From: Okamejei kenojei
Lineage: Eukaryota
DNA: 64,000 bases
Reading direction: 5' to 3'
Assembly (NCBI GenBank): GCA_035221665.1
Contig: CM069140.1
Span: 42,160,001 to 42,224,000, forward strand
Shown: positions 63,374-64,000 of the stretch, in pieces
Position numbering within the stretch: position 1 is the first letter of the stretch
Layout: every line of letters starts with the position of its first letter
Made by a program: the position numbers and the translations under genes
Notes under the pieces: generated by a model
Told to the model about the DNA's origin: nothing
The model's input: the letters and a program-made list of their open reading frames with translations, nothing else
The model's database searches: none

Positions 63374-64000
63374 TTAGTTTTGGCAGGCTCTTAGATATAG
63401 TTAATTGGTAACACTCATTTCCACCAATAGACTTCACAGTTTAAATGGATTTGATCAGTTGAGATATAGTTGAAGGCACCATCTTGATTTTGAATAATAT
63501 TATTAGCTTTTGACTTCTTTTCTTTAAAGTCATTAAAGTGAATTATGTGTAACTAAGAAGGATTTCTACTGATATTGGTGACAGCAGAGCATGAGAACGA
63601 TTCTTTAATTTCACCTTTTGATGCAATTCTAGCAGCAGGACCATGAAATTGGTTACAGTGAGTTAAAGTTACATCAGAGTGTGACATCTGAACTACTAAT
63701 ATGACAGGAAGTGGTATAATTATTAAAGAAAGCATGTGTTTTTTGTTAGACTTTTAATATGCTCAAGATAAGTATACTCTACAAGTTGGCATGCCTGCCA
63801 TGTCCTGACTTCAAACTTGTAATCAAATAAATAATTTATTGTTGATATTTTTGACCTCAGTATCTTTGTATCTTGCCAAGGGAAAAGCCGGCATGTGTGC
63901 TCAAATGACTGACAAACTGATCTTTCCGCTGGTAAATTCAAATTTACATTAGAATGTAGTTAAATAATTTGCCTGCAGAATAATTTGACAATAATTCAAA

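Noticed and set aside
1-64000. Host protein-coding genes among the listed ORFs
   Set aside because: Non-transposon ORFs are short, start at arbitrary codons and resemble no protein I recognise; I could not build a consistent exon chain.

Overview
This is AT-rich, CpG-depleted, non-coding vertebrate DNA (intronic or intergenic). The repeat content points to a cartilaginous fish, most likely a skate or ray; this is an inference from the HE1-type V-SINEs, HER1-type CR1 LINEs and SacSINE1-like DeuSINEs. I recognise no host protein-coding gene, and every interpretable ORF comes from a transposon. The window holds CR1 and Rex1/Babar LINE fragments, Penelope-like elements (PLEs) with GIY-YIG endonuclease, a full-length but inactivated IR/DR Tc1 transposon, and at least seven PIF/Harbinger-type MITEs sharing a (A/T)GGGCCTGTCCCAC terminus with TAA/TTA target duplications. 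The most interesting signal is a dense family of 90-200 bp PLE terminal-repeat modules carrying a minimal hammerhead-ribozyme motif (CTGAAGA-A-GGGTCTCGACCC-GAAA-CGTC). Several have their own 10-17 bp target-site duplications, several form inverted pairs, and one double-hammerhead hairpin sits inside a Harbinger MITE. A few repeat-free stretches look like regulatory or conserved non-coding elements, but conservation cannot be shown from this sequence alone. All family assignments are by eye, without database searches, and boundaries of old repeats are approximate.
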